A stretch of DNA of 64,000 nt from Candidatus Poribacteria bacterium. GTDB lineage: Bacteria > Poribacteria > WGA-4E > WGA-3G. The stretch lies in NCBI GenBank assembly GCA_965214095.1, contig OZ243938.1, positions 2,080,001 through 2,144,000 of the forward strand, given 5' to 3'. The stretch's first letter is position 1. Each line of letters starts with the position of its first letter. This document shows, one piece after another, positions 18,857-28,425 of the stretch. Below the pieces are notes generated by a model that had not been told where the DNA came from, made no database searches, and saw only the letters and a program-made list of their open reading frames with translations. Made by a program: the position numbers and the translations under genes.

Positions 18857-19639
18857 GTGTCTCAATTGGATACAAATAACTACAGTATAGAAACAGAGAA
18901 TCTTAGCCTGTGGTATGGTGATTTTCAAGCACTTATTGATGTGAGTGTTAACATTCCTACTGGCAAAATAACTTCTTTGATTGGACCATCTGGGTGTGGC
19001 AAAACAACACTTCTTCGCTGTTTCAACCGAGTCAATGAAAGGTATGGGAACGTTACAACAGAGGGTGAAATAAAGATATTAGGAAAAAACATTTACGATC
19101 CGGATGTTTCTCTGCTTGAATTGCGAAAAACAGTAGGCATGGTATTTCAACGTCCTAACCCGTTGCCGATTTCGGTTTATGAAAATATCCTTTTCGGTCT
19201 ACGAATACATTCACCTTTTAGAAGTCTAAATCGAACACAAGCCGATGAAATAGTAGAAGAAGCACTTACTGCAGTTTTTCTGTGGGATGATCTGAAGGAT
19301 AAATTGAAAATGCGTGCGACCTCATTACAATTAGAACAGCAACAGAAACTATGTATTGCACGCCTGTTGCCGCTCAAACCGCAGGTGATATTGATGGATG
19401 AACCTTGCTCAGCACTTGATGCCAAAGGCACGCTTGCTGTTGAGGAATTGATGTCAGTACTCGCTGGTTCATACACTTTTTTGATTGTTACGCATAATAT
19501 GGCACAAGCAAGACGGGTTAGCAATGAGTGTATTTACATGTTCCTCGGTGAACTCATTGAACATAGAGAAACACAGGCACTATTTGAAACGCCTGAACAT
19601 CCGAAAACTGCGGATTATGTGCAAATGCGATACGGATAG
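18857..19639 (+). CDS. pstB: Phosphate ABC ATPase paralogue 2 (intact Walker/Q/H motifs, degenerate signature)
   Basis: GPSGCGKTT, GMVFQRPNP, MDEPCSALD, VTHN; signature LQLEQQQK. Confidence 0.88.
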   Translation: MSQLDTNNYSIETENLSLWYGDFQALIDVSVNIPTGKITSLIGPSGCGKTTLLRCFNRVNERYGNVTTEGEIKILGKNIYDPDVSLLELRKTVGMVFQRPNPLPISVYENILFGLRIHSPFRSLNRTQADEIVEEALTAVFLWDDLKDKLKMRATSLQLEQQQKLCIARLLPLKPQVILMDEPCSALDAKGTLAVEELMSVLAGSYTFLIVTHNMAQARRVSNECIYMFLGELIEHRETQALFETPEHPKTADYVQMRYG

Positions 19640-19714
19640 ACGACATTCACAGGGATATAATAGTTAGTATATACAAGAAACAATTATCCCCACCTGTCCG
19701 GAAAAAGGCATTCC

Positions 19715-20440
19715 TTGATGAATGCAAATATCATGAACAGGTCAGAACTAATTTATCATACCATTGCCATAGTAACACTGGCGATAGTCATTATTCTGTT
19801 ATGGAACTTCACTTCAGATGTGTCTTATGTTGAAGATCAAACCAGTTCTGATGTGATGACAGAAGAGACTTTGTCTACAATATATGGTCAACTATACCGA
19901 ATGATTCCGAGTTTCTGTGGGGTGATATTGTTTAGTATTGCTATCTCATTTTATTTGGAAGAATGGTTGCAACAAACATCATGGCAATACCAAATAATAG
20001 AACGGCATATTGCGATTTTGGCAAGAGTGCCGTCTCTTGTTGTTGGCATATTGGCTGTTTACTTTATCTTATTTTATTTTCAAAACATCACATATTATGG
20101 TCTATTATTGACTGTTGCGTTGCTTGTGATGCCTGTTACCATTCGGTCTACACAAGAGTCAATTCAAACTGTTGATATGTCTGTGCGAGAAGCAGCGTAT
20201 GCGTTAGGAGCAACCAGATGGCGTGTGGTTACTGGTCATGTTTTTCCACGTACCTTTCCTAAGATATTGGCTATAATAGGCACTGCAATTTCACGAATTC
20301 TGGCAGTTGCTGCATTACTCATCTCTGGTGTATGGATTTACGTATCAAACTCGTTTAGTTTTCCGACAAGTGTTATTCTGCTGATAACAGGTGCAGTAAT
20401 AATCAGTGTTCTTTCAAGTCTGCTTGAAGTGAAACAGTGA
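19715..20440 (+). CDS. Short, divergent PstA-like ABC permease
   Basis: YLEEW, LARVPSLVVG, VREAAYALGATRW EAA loop; lacks GETA motif; start uncertain. Confidence 0.75.
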   Translation: MMNANIMNRSELIYHTIAIVTLAIVIILLWNFTSDVSYVEDQTSSDVMTEETLSTIYGQLYRMIPSFCGVILFSIAISFYLEEWLQQTSWQYQIIERHIAILARVPSLVVGILAVYFILFYFQNITYYGLLLTVALLVMPVTIRSTQESIQTVDMSVREAAYALGATRWRVVTGHVFPRTFPKILAIIGTAISRILAVAALLISGVWIYVSNSFSFPTSVILLITGAVIISVLSSLLEVKQ

Positions 20441-20465
20441 CTCCAATGACAAAGGATTCATATAA

Positions 20466-21236
20466 ATGCAACAACCAATAAATGCACCTGTTTTATATAT
20501 CAATGATTTGAATGTATGGTTTGGGAAAAATCATGTTTTAAAAGACCTAACTTTTGATATTTTTCCAAGACAGGTGACATCATTTATTGGACCTTCAAAA
20601 TGTGGTAAAACAGCATTAGTTCGTTGCTTGAATCGCCTGAATGATTTGAAATCGGACTTTAGATATACCGGTAAGGTACAATTCAATGGAAAGGATCTAT
20701 ATTCGTCCAAAGTACATGTCATTGATATTTCCCAGAAAATAGGAATGATATTTCATAAACCGATTCCTTTCCGTAGATCTATCTATGAAAATGTGGCTTA
20801 TCCTGCACGGCTTCGCGGGATAAAACAATCCTCTGAACTTGATACTGTTGTTGAAGAATGTCTGAGAGAAGCACAAGTTTGGGATGAAGTCTGTCATGAT
20901 CTTGATGCATTACCCGACATATTAACTATCGGACAGCAACAACAGCTTTGCATTGCCCGCGTATTAGCGGGTAATCCTGAAATATTGATATTTGACGAAC
21001 CGTGTGAACAACTGGATGCTACGGAAACTCCTAAATTGGAAGCAACTGTCCAGAATCTCAAAAGCCGATATTCACTCATATTCGTCACTAACAAGAGAAG
21101 ACAAGCAGCCCGTGTGTCTGATGTTGCTGGATTTCTATATAACGGTGAATTAATAGAATTTGGACATACAGAACAAATATTTACGAATCCAAAAGACAAA
21201 CTAACTGAAGACTATGTAACAGGACGTTTAGGATAA
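20466..21236 (+). CDS. pstB: PstB-like ATPase paralogue 3, multiply degenerate
   Basis: GPSKCGKTA, CLNRLND, IFTNPKDKLTEDYVTGRLG; signature LTIGQ, Q-loop MIFH, switch VTNK. Confidence 0.75.
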   Translation: MQQPINAPVLYINDLNVWFGKNHVLKDLTFDIFPRQVTSFIGPSKCGKTALVRCLNRLNDLKSDFRYTGKVQFNGKDLYSSKVHVIDISQKIGMIFHKPIPFRRSIYENVAYPARLRGIKQSSELDTVVEECLREAQVWDEVCHDLDALPDILTIGQQQQLCIARVLAGNPEILIFDEPCEQLDATETPKLEATVQNLKSRYSLIFVTNKRRQAARVSDVAGFLYNGELIEFGHTEQIFTNPKDKLTEDYVTGRLG

Positions 21237-21260
21237 TTCAAAATCTGACAGGAGATACCG

Positions 21261-21920
21261 ATGCAACACTATTTGGAATCAGAGCTCAAAGCACTACAAC
21301 ACCAACTGCTTAAAATGGGTGGTATTGCAGAGAATATGTTGCGTGATGCTGTCCATTCTGTCCTGAATCGGGACGAGGAATTAGCGCGTCGTGTAATCCT
21401 TGATGATGATACGGTGGACAAATTAGAAAATGAGATTGAAGCGCGATGTATACAACTCATTGCCAGACACCAACCTGTTGCGTTTGAGTTGCGTTATTTG
21501 ACGATGACATTGAAGGTTAATAGAACCATAGAAAGAATGGCGGATAAGTGCGTATCTATTGCCAGACGAAGTATTGAACTGTTAGAATATCCACCGATGA
21601 AACCATTTGTTGACTTACCGTCTGTAACCCATCTTATACAAGAGATGGTGAAAGATGCACTCGACGCATTGGTCAATAGAAATGCGGAACTTGCACGAGA
21701 ACTTCGTGAGCGTGACAGCAAAGTAAATGCTTTTTACGAACAGATGTATGGTGAACTTTGTTCTCTAATGTCTGACCAACCGCAACAGATTCAGACAGGT
21801 ATAAGTCATCTACTTATTTTCCGTCATTTGGAACGGGTGGGTGATTTAGCAGTGAATATTGGTGAAGAGGTTTATTACCTTGTTGAAGGGGAGGTAATTC
21901 GTCATACGGATATTGTCTAA
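21261..21920 (+). CDS. phoU: Phosphate signalling protein PhoU
   Basis: DD.VD.LE.EIE, QPVA.ELR, ERMAD, LERVGD.AVNI.E. Confidence 0.95.
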   Translation: MQHYLESELKALQHQLLKMGGIAENMLRDAVHSVLNRDEELARRVILDDDTVDKLENEIEARCIQLIARHQPVAFELRYLTMTLKVNRTIERMADKCVSIARRSIELLEYPPMKPFVDLPSVTHLIQEMVKDALDALVNRNAELARELRERDSKVNAFYEQMYGELCSLMSDQPQQIQTGISHLLIFRHLERVGDLAVNIGEEVYYLVEGEVIRHTDIV

Positions 21921-22057
21921 TACTATTTGTAAAAGATAAGGTGTCATTGAGCATTCGTAGGTTTATCTTCAATTGCTGAATGTAAGAGGCGCAATAAATT
22001 GCGCGACTACAAACGCGTTTTTTCTTAATGTTAGATTATCAATTAGAAATGGTAAAA
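21918..22057. mobile_element. 140-bp MITE-like element (S4), overlapping the phoU stop codon
   Basis: Ends TAATACTATTTGTAA / TTAGAAATGGTAAAA; core GGCGCAATAAATTGCGCG-ACTAC; paralogous to 57916-58055. Confidence 0.7.
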
Positions 22058-22099
22058 TATCCAGTTTGCCACGCTGAAAATAGCCATTCCCATAGATTT

Positions 22100-23341
22100 C
22101 TATTTCTGTTCTGCTGAGAAAAAATGCACATCTCGCTGTGGGAATGGTATTTTGATATCGTATTCCTTAAACTTCTCCCAAATCATAAAATGCAGATCGC
22201 TTGCAACATCAAAACGATCAAATGTATCTGGAATCCATGCTAATAATTCGAAGTCTAGCGAAAACTCACCGAAATTAGTAAATCTAACAAAAGGAGGCGT
22301 AACGTTTTCCATTTCAGGTGTTGGTTCTTTTATCACATCAGGATGTGCATGTGCCACCTCAATCAAGGCTTTCTTGACGAGTTCTGGGTCTGCACGAAAT
22401 GAAACACTTGCTTTAATACTAATCCGAAAGCGATTGTTATAATGTGTAAGGTTATGGACGGGTTCGGTAATTAATTGGGAATTTGGAACAATAATCTCCT
22501 TTTCATCAACTGCTATAATGACTGTGGATCGGAGATTAATACTACTCACTCTACCAAATATACCAACATCCATAATTTCTACTAAATCCCCTATTTTGAT
22601 AGGTCGTTCAAAAATGAGAATAAATCCTGATATGAAGTTTGAGACCATAGTCTGCAAACCAAAACCGATACCGATACTCAACCCACCAAAAATTAATACA
22701 ATGCTCGTGAGACTTATTCCAAGTGTATTAAATGTAATAAGGATTCCGATAGTGATAAGACTGAAATGAAGAATGCGAAGAAGGATGAATTGTGTGTGTC
22801 TCTCAATTTGAAATTCCTGTAAAACCTGTCGACTAAGTATATATTGTGAGTACTTAGACAGAATAAACATACCGAAGAGAATGACAAATCCATAAAATAG
22901 ACCTGCTAATGTTAATCTGCGCGCGCTGTCATCAACGACTTCTGGTTTTCTTCCTAAAAGTGTCTGCAAGAAAGATGAAATACCTGTTGTTTCTTCTACC
23001 TGTTGTTTGGGTGGTTGAAATAGGTCTGCGATTGGGTAGTTGAATATTCTGCCAAAGAGTCCCGTGCTAATTCCCGCCACATTTAGTGCTACAATTATCC
23101 CTGCAATCAAGATAATCAGGAACAGGATTGCGATCATCCGATTTTCAAAATTTTGTGGCATCTTCAAACGATTTAGAAATTTGCGTATCCAGCGTCGAAA
23201 GAATTCACCAATAACTAAGGTCAAAGCCAAGATACCGACAAATGCGATTATCTGCCAAACTTTCACCTCATCATCTAAGGTTATAGCCTTAGTATTAAGA
23301 AAATCCGATATTTGTTGAAAAAGTTCGCCCATCTTAGCCAA
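22100..23341 (-). CDS. mscS: Small-conductance mechanosensitive channel (MscS family) with extra N-terminal TMs
   Basis: GIGFGLQ..SNFISG, ERPIKIGD, IIVPNS, IPFPQRDVH. Confidence 0.88.
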   Translation of the reverse strand: MAKMGELFQQISDFLNTKAITLDDEVKVWQIIAFVGILALTLVIGEFFRRWIRKFLNRLKMPQNFENRMIAILFLIILIAGIIVALNVAGISTGLFGRIFNYPIADLFQPPKQQVEETTGISSFLQTLLGRKPEVVDDSARRLTLAGLFYGFVILFGMFILSKYSQYILSRQVLQEFQIERHTQFILLRILHFSLITIGILITFNTLGISLTSIVLIFGGLSIGIGFGLQTMVSNFISGFILIFERPIKIGDLVEIMDVGIFGRVSSINLRSTVIIAVDEKEIIVPNSQLITEPVHNLTHYNNRFRISIKASVSFRADPELVKKALIEVAHAHPDVIKEPTPEMENVTPPFVRFTNFGEFSLDFELLAWIPDTFDRFDVASDLHFMIWEKFKEYDIKIPFPQRDVHFFSAEQK

Positions 23342-23367
23342 CCCTATCTACATAGGTACAAACATTA

Positions 23368-25683
23368 TCAATCAATAGCAATCTGCTCTTTAGCATGAAC
23401 AAACAAGACATCGTTAACACCTTGGTATCGTTGTAAGACATCAGGAAAGTCATTTGAATTGATGTCCTCTGAAGTTAGACCAACGATGACTAAGTCTGCC
23501 TGAGCGGATCTTTGTGCGACATCATGCTCCAATCCTTCCAGACTGTCGTAAGAGACAGAAGTTACATTTTGCATTGATATAGGTAGTCTTCCATCTTTTA
23601 TAAAATTTGAAAGTTTGTCGGCTTCCAATTCAGCATCCCAAGAACCTGAACATGCAAATAAACGTATCTTTGCTTTTTTCCATTCAGGGTGTCCCACCAA
23701 TATATATGCAAGTAATAACATCATAGGTACATTGCTGATATTATCTTCCGTTACCCACACATGTATTGAAGATCTATATCCAAAGCGGTATTTCGTAGAA
23801 CGTAGAACGAGTGCATTGAAAAGAGATTCCGCTGCAAGTTGAGTCCCAAGCATGACTTCTCCGATTTCATCGGGGTTTTCTTTATCAAATTCAAGTAGTA
23901 TTGAGTTGTTTGATAAACCAGAGATTCCGGGCATCTGTAGGACTTGTGCTAATCCTTGTTGAAAAGTTGGACAAATAAGAGAGTCGACGTATATTCCTGC
24001 TCCACTCGCTTCAGTCTGCTGTATTAGTGATTCGACGTGAATCCGTGCTGAGATTTCTTCCTGAATGGAGTAGTCTCCAGGGAAAAATTGGATAAAGTGT
24101 CCAAATCCTTGTCTGTGGCAAATCCATCGTAAGAGGTCAAAATGTCCGAGTCGTCGGTCCCCGAATTGTGTAATAGCTACAATTGCTGGTCGCCACCCAC
24201 TTTCCGCTGCACTCGCCCTATTTTTTTGTAATGTGGTTTGCAACCAACGTGTTAATTGGAACATTGCACCTTGGAAGATACCGGACATACCGCGTTGTTC
24301 TCTATGTCCGCGTCTAAGTCCGATATAAATTGTTAAGATGAGAACAATTGATATGACTGCATAAAAGACGTTAATCTGAATCATCATCAGACCACACATA
24401 ACGAAACCTAACAATGACACATACCATCGTGAATGGAAAGTTGGACGGTAAGATGGATTTCCTGCGAAATGTTCAAGGAATGAGACGAGACACAGCGCCC
24501 CATAGGTAACTAAGAAAAACATCGTCAGTATCATAGCGATAGAATTTAATTCACCTATTGCGACAAACACTATTGCGATAACTCCAGAAACAAAAGTTGC
24601 TGGAATAGGTTCTTGGGTTTTACCAACCCCAAATCGCATGAGTCGGTTCAATCCAGGAATCGGTAAAACGTCATCCCGTGCGAGTGCTTGGAGTGTTCTG
24701 GGTGCGACCATAATAGAACCGAGTGCAGACGATACCGAAGCTGCTCCCAACCCAATGTATATAGCGTCTCCCCAAGCAGATATTTTCGCCATAATGAATT
24801 CGTCATTAGCAAGTAGTTCGGGGACTGCACTCTGACAAAGCTTATACGCCACTAGAATATATATTACCATACCTGCGAGCGTTGCACTAATTGTTCCGAG
24901 TGGTATACTTCGTTGCGGATTCTTCAAATCACCAGATAAACCTAATCCTGCGATCATCCCTGTAAAAGCGGGGAAACAGATAGCGAAAACTATGCCGAAA
25001 GTATCCGCCCCTTCTTTTATACCTTCCGTGATATTTAGAGTTTCAGGACGAAATCGCTTTTGAACTCCATCAATGGTGACAAATTCTTCAGGGCTCCCCA
25101 GGAAAAATGTAACAAGTGCTACTGCCAAAATGCCACATATTAACCATAATATAGAAACGCCCATATTCGCGCCTCTTGTCAACATAATTATGATAAGAAC
25201 AAGCGTGCCGGGGATACTTATCCAGCGAACATCAATTATTCCCTTAAAATCCGGATATTGCGTGCCTAACATATCCAGTACAGGTTCAAAAGCAGAAGCG
25301 AAAGCGACCATGTAAAATGCGATTGATATTGCCTGAGAAAGATATAACGCGATTCCTATAGTGCCACCGATACTTGTTCCGAAGGATCGGCTAACGATAT
25401 AGTATGCACCACCACCAGCAACTCGGCGGTTAGTTGCTACTTCGGAGACGGCAAGGACTGTCGGTATGGTTACAAGATGTCCAAGTACAATGATTGCCAG
25501 ACTCTTCAAGAAACCTACATGTCCGACGGCATAACCGAAACGTAAGAAGAGAATTGCTCCTAATATTGTGCTAATGGATGCGAGAAAGACAGGGGCTGTT
25601 CCAAACCCGTGTCCATGTTGTTCCTCAGCGAAGTTGTTTTGATCAGTCACTGATTGGCTCTGTTGTCTGAATTTAGAAAACAT
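23368..25683 (-). CDS. Cation-chloride cotransporter (SLC12/CCC)-like APC permease
   Basis: TILGAILFLR, GGGAYYIVSRSFG, FPAFTGMIAG...SGDLKNPQRSIP.GT, NPSYRPTF, large soluble C-domain starting WRP. Confidence 0.85.
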   Translation of the reverse strand: MFSKFRQQSQSVTDQNNFAEEQHGHGFGTAPVFLASISTILGAILFLRFGYAVGHVGFLKSLAIIVLGHLVTIPTVLAVSEVATNRRVAGGGAYYIVSRSFGTSIGGTIGIALYLSQAISIAFYMVAFASAFEPVLDMLGTQYPDFKGIIDVRWISIPGTLVLIIIMLTRGANMGVSILWLICGILAVALVTFFLGSPEEFVTIDGVQKRFRPETLNITEGIKEGADTFGIVFAICFPAFTGMIAGLGLSGDLKNPQRSIPLGTISATLAGMVIYILVAYKLCQSAVPELLANDEFIMAKISAWGDAIYIGLGAASVSSALGSIMVAPRTLQALARDDVLPIPGLNRLMRFGVGKTQEPIPATFVSGVIAIVFVAIGELNSIAMILTMFFLVTYGALCLVSFLEHFAGNPSYRPTFHSRWYVSLLGFVMCGLMMIQINVFYAVISIVLILTIYIGLRRGHREQRGMSGIFQGAMFQLTRWLQTTLQKNRASAAESGWRPAIVAITQFGDRRLGHFDLLRWICHRQGFGHFIQFFPGDYSIQEEISARIHVESLIQQTEASGAGIYVDSLICPTFQQGLAQVLQMPGISGLSNNSILLEFDKENPDEIGEVMLGTQLAAESLFNALVLRSTKYRFGYRSSIHVWVTEDNISNVPMMLLLAYILVGHPEWKKAKIRLFACSGSWDAELEADKLSNFIKDGRLPISMQNVTSVSYDSLEGLEHDVAQRSAQADLVIVGLTSEDINSNDFPDVLQRYQGVNDVLFVHAKEQIAID

Positions 25684-25749
25684 ATCATGAATCCTTGTGA
25701 ATTATATAGAGGATAATTCAGTTCTGTTTATCATGTATTTAAGTCTAAG

Positions 25750-26475
25750 TTACAGTGTAATTCGTAAAATTGATAAATATTTATAATTGAGATTCTCGGT
25801 CAATGGTTCACTATTATATGCTAAAGAACCGCTTAAACGCAACCCAAGTCGTGTTGTAAGGTTGAATGTTAATGCGGGTTCAGCTGAAAAGCGATAATTC
25901 TTGAAGCCAACTTCTGGTGTGAATTTGAGTACTACATTTAGTTTTTTCCATCCTATTGATGAAAACGCCAACCATCGAAATGAGGTCGGGTCAAATCTTC
26001 TTATAGTAAGTCCTCTGCGTGGTTGTATGTTTTCAATGAAGTAGCCAATCCCGCCTGAAATCCGTAGCGTTCCTTTTTCATATATTCCAGGACGGATGTA
26101 ACTTCCGATTTGTGATGTCAAAGCACTTCCTTGGCTAATGTTGCGTTCCAAATCTGTAAATGCTTCAATACCGAGTTTATTTATTCGCATTCCTCCTTGT
26201 ATACGTGCCTTGATGATTTCAGAATGTACACCGTCTTCACCTGATGCACGTGAACCAAAGATACCTCCCCATCCATTGATGTTTTTGAATGGGACGACTG
26301 CGGTTAAGGAGAGTGTTTGTGACGTGCCATCACCTGAAATACCAAAGTCCATTGTCTTCGCATCGGTCGGCAAGTCAGCAAATTGACTATATACAGGCAA
26401 AGCATTATAAATACATAAGAGTGCTATAAATGTAAAAAGATAGATAATTTTGCATTTCGGACAATTAAAGGACAT
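25750..26475 (-). CDS. Putative outer-membrane beta-barrel (DUF481-like)
   Basis: Signal peptide, amphipathic strands, GIGYFIE and YNSEP motifs. Confidence 0.5.
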   Translation of the reverse strand: MSFNCPKCKIIYLFTFIALLCIYNALPVYSQFADLPTDAKTMDFGISGDGTSQTLSLTAVVPFKNINGWGGIFGSRASGEDGVHSEIIKARIQGGMRINKLGIEAFTDLERNISQGSALTSQIGSYIRPGIYEKGTLRISGGIGYFIENIQPRRGLTIRRFDPTSFRWLAFSSIGWKKLNVVLKFTPEVGFKNYRFSAEPALTFNLTTRLGLRLSGSLAYNSEPLTENLNYKYLSILRITL

Positions 26476-26552
26476 TTTTTGGTGACCAGTTCCCTTTGTA
26501 TATCAAGTTCCACTGAGAATAATTATATGAGAAAAATAACAATGCTGTTTTC

Positions 26553-27050
26553 TCAGTCAGTATTTGCGTTTATTAGTATTCCTAATAGACATGCATCTAC
26601 CAATCCACCAACAATACATCCTGCTAATGCCCAATTGTATCGATGTTTTTTCATATAGATCTCATAGGAGTCAATATAAAATGCAACATATTGCGAGGAC
26701 TTGCCGAGTGTTCGTGCTGCTGGTACTGATTTCATATCTCTTTGTGAAACCAGAGGACCGATGATAGGAAGAAAACACCCAGTTGTGAACCACAATGTTT
26801 GATTAAAATGTGCTTTAACATCTTTTTTGGCATCAGCGATTGCCTGTACCTCATCTGGTGATGGTAGATTCTCTTCTTTACCCTCAATCCGTCCTGGTAT
26901 AATAATATCAACTTTACCTGAAGGTAATTGCTGAACTTCATACCTGTTTATTGGTTGCTCTTGTGCAGAAGTTGGTGTTTGTGAAGCCACATAGAACAGT
27001 AATGTGAAGATAATAAACATTAATAAATGAGAATATGAACTTTTATTCAT
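26553..27050 (-). CDS. Hypothetical secreted/membrane protein
   Basis: Signal peptide plus two hydrophobic segments; AAGGAG SD. Confidence 0.65.
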   Translation of the reverse strand: MNKSSYSHLLMFIIFTLLFYVASQTPTSAQEQPINRYEVQQLPSGKVDIIIPGRIEGKEENLPSPDEVQAIADAKKDVKAHFNQTLWFTTGCFLPIIGPLVSQRDMKSVPAARTLGKSSQYVAFYIDSYEIYMKKHRYNWALAGCIVGGLVDACLLGILINANTD

Positions 27051-27062
27051 TAATTTCTCCTT

Positions 27063-27165
27063 TATAGTAGATTTTTAAATTACTTGAACACTCTGCATAG
27101 GCGAGGTTAGGAAACCTCGCCTACCGTGGGGCGAAAGTGTCAACTTATCTTTATAATTCACTATA
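27063..27165. mobile_element. 103-bp MITE (S2) with REP-A core
   Basis: TATAGTAGAT...AATTCACTATA; near-identical to 36677 and to the reverse complement of 13550. Confidence 0.85.
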
Positions 27166-27278
27166 CCTTGAGAAATACATTGTTTATAGATAAATAACAG
27201 AGTAATATTTCAGGATTTGTATGCCAGATTATCTGTAATGCTGTTGAATACACATGTGTTCTGAAATAACTAAATATT

Positions 27279-28001
27279 CTAATTCCTCTTTTCATACACA
27301 TGTGTAGTAGAAGTATCCGCCCAATATATCACAAGAAGTTGACCGTCCCATGTATATGTGCTAACAGAAAGTGACTGTATTCCATCAGGATACCAATTGA
27401 TTGTTCCTTTATTTCTACCATAAGGCTCTACCAAATTATAGGAACCGGAGAAAAATTGTGATGCGTCTTCAAACTGCCGTGTAAATGTAGTTGTAGTTAA
27501 CCGCATGGATCCACCTAACGATTGTACAGTGTCGCCATTTACTTGCGTTCTAATAAGTTCATATACGCCTCTAAGCGTATTTGCAATTTCATAGGCTTTA
27601 GAGTATACAATAATAGTCGCAGATTTTGTTGCTTCTTCTTCTCCACCGTCGCGTACTGATAGATAAACCGTAATCGTTTTTGGAGCAACAACTTCCTCAT
27701 CGGGTAAAGGAGGGGCAATCCATTCGACCTTTGACGTAGTTGCACTTTTTAAGACACCATCTGTTACGTCCCATAAGTAGGACAAGCTGTCATCTTCTGG
27801 GTCAAAAGCGGTAACTCTAAACTCTACAGTTTCACCATAATGCACCTCACTTGGTACAATAAAACTGTTGATTTTCGGTGTATCATTTCTCCAATCATCA
27901 TATAGGTCACAACCGCCAAATACTGAACTTAGGAGAACTAAGTGGAGAATCAGGACACCGAGTTTGGAGTTTACTTTTGTATTCACAACATTTTTCCTCA
28001 T
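27279..28001 (-). CDS. Lipoprotein with PKD/Ig-like domain
   Basis: Lipobox FGGC; AFDPEDDSLSYLW, V.LSVRDG. Confidence 0.7.
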   Translation of the reverse strand: MRKNVVNTKVNSKLGVLILHLVLLSSVFGGCDLYDDWRNDTPKINSFIVPSEVHYGETVEFRVTAFDPEDDSLSYLWDVTDGVLKSATTSKVEWIAPPLPDEEVVAPKTITVYLSVRDGGEEEATKSATIIVYSKAYEIANTLRGVYELIRTQVNGDTVQSLGGSMRLTTTTFTRQFEDASQFFSGSYNLVEPYGRNKGTINWYPDGIQSLSVSTYTWDGQLLVIYWADTSTTHVYEKRN

Positions 28002-28209
28002 TTATGTATTGCAGTGTATTGTTAGACACCAATATATCCTACAAGTTCAGAAAACAAAACGGTTTATACCATGTATGGTAGATTAAGAATAAATAATGCA
28101 TTTTATTGATTGACTCGGTGCCACTAAGCACTTTTATCATGCAATACAAATTTGAACGTTTATATTATACTTAGTCAGACCATCTTTGTCAAATCAAATA
28201 GCAAGAAGG

Positions 28210-28397
28210 CAGGGTTATTTAGTTTTAATAATTTTCAATTGATGAACGTTACTAAGAGTTTATATCGTAGGTCGGGTAGAGCAAAGCGAAACCCGACACG
28301 TTCAATGCTTGTCGGGTTTCGTGCCTCTACCCGACCTACAGGTGTTATATTGAAATGTGAAAAATATAGCAGAAAAACCGAAAACTAAATAACCCTA
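28210..28397. mobile_element. MITE, shell S1, 9-bp target duplication, carrying a different (REP-B) inverted pair
   Basis: CAGGGTTATTTAGTTTT / AAAACTAAATAACCCTA; GCAAGAAGG at 28201-28209 and 28398-28406; GTAGGTCGGGTAGAG..CGAAACCCGAC and its inverse within 28267-28339. Confidence 0.9.
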
Positions 28398-28425
28398 GCA
28401 AGAAGGCAAGAAGTTCAAATATGTT

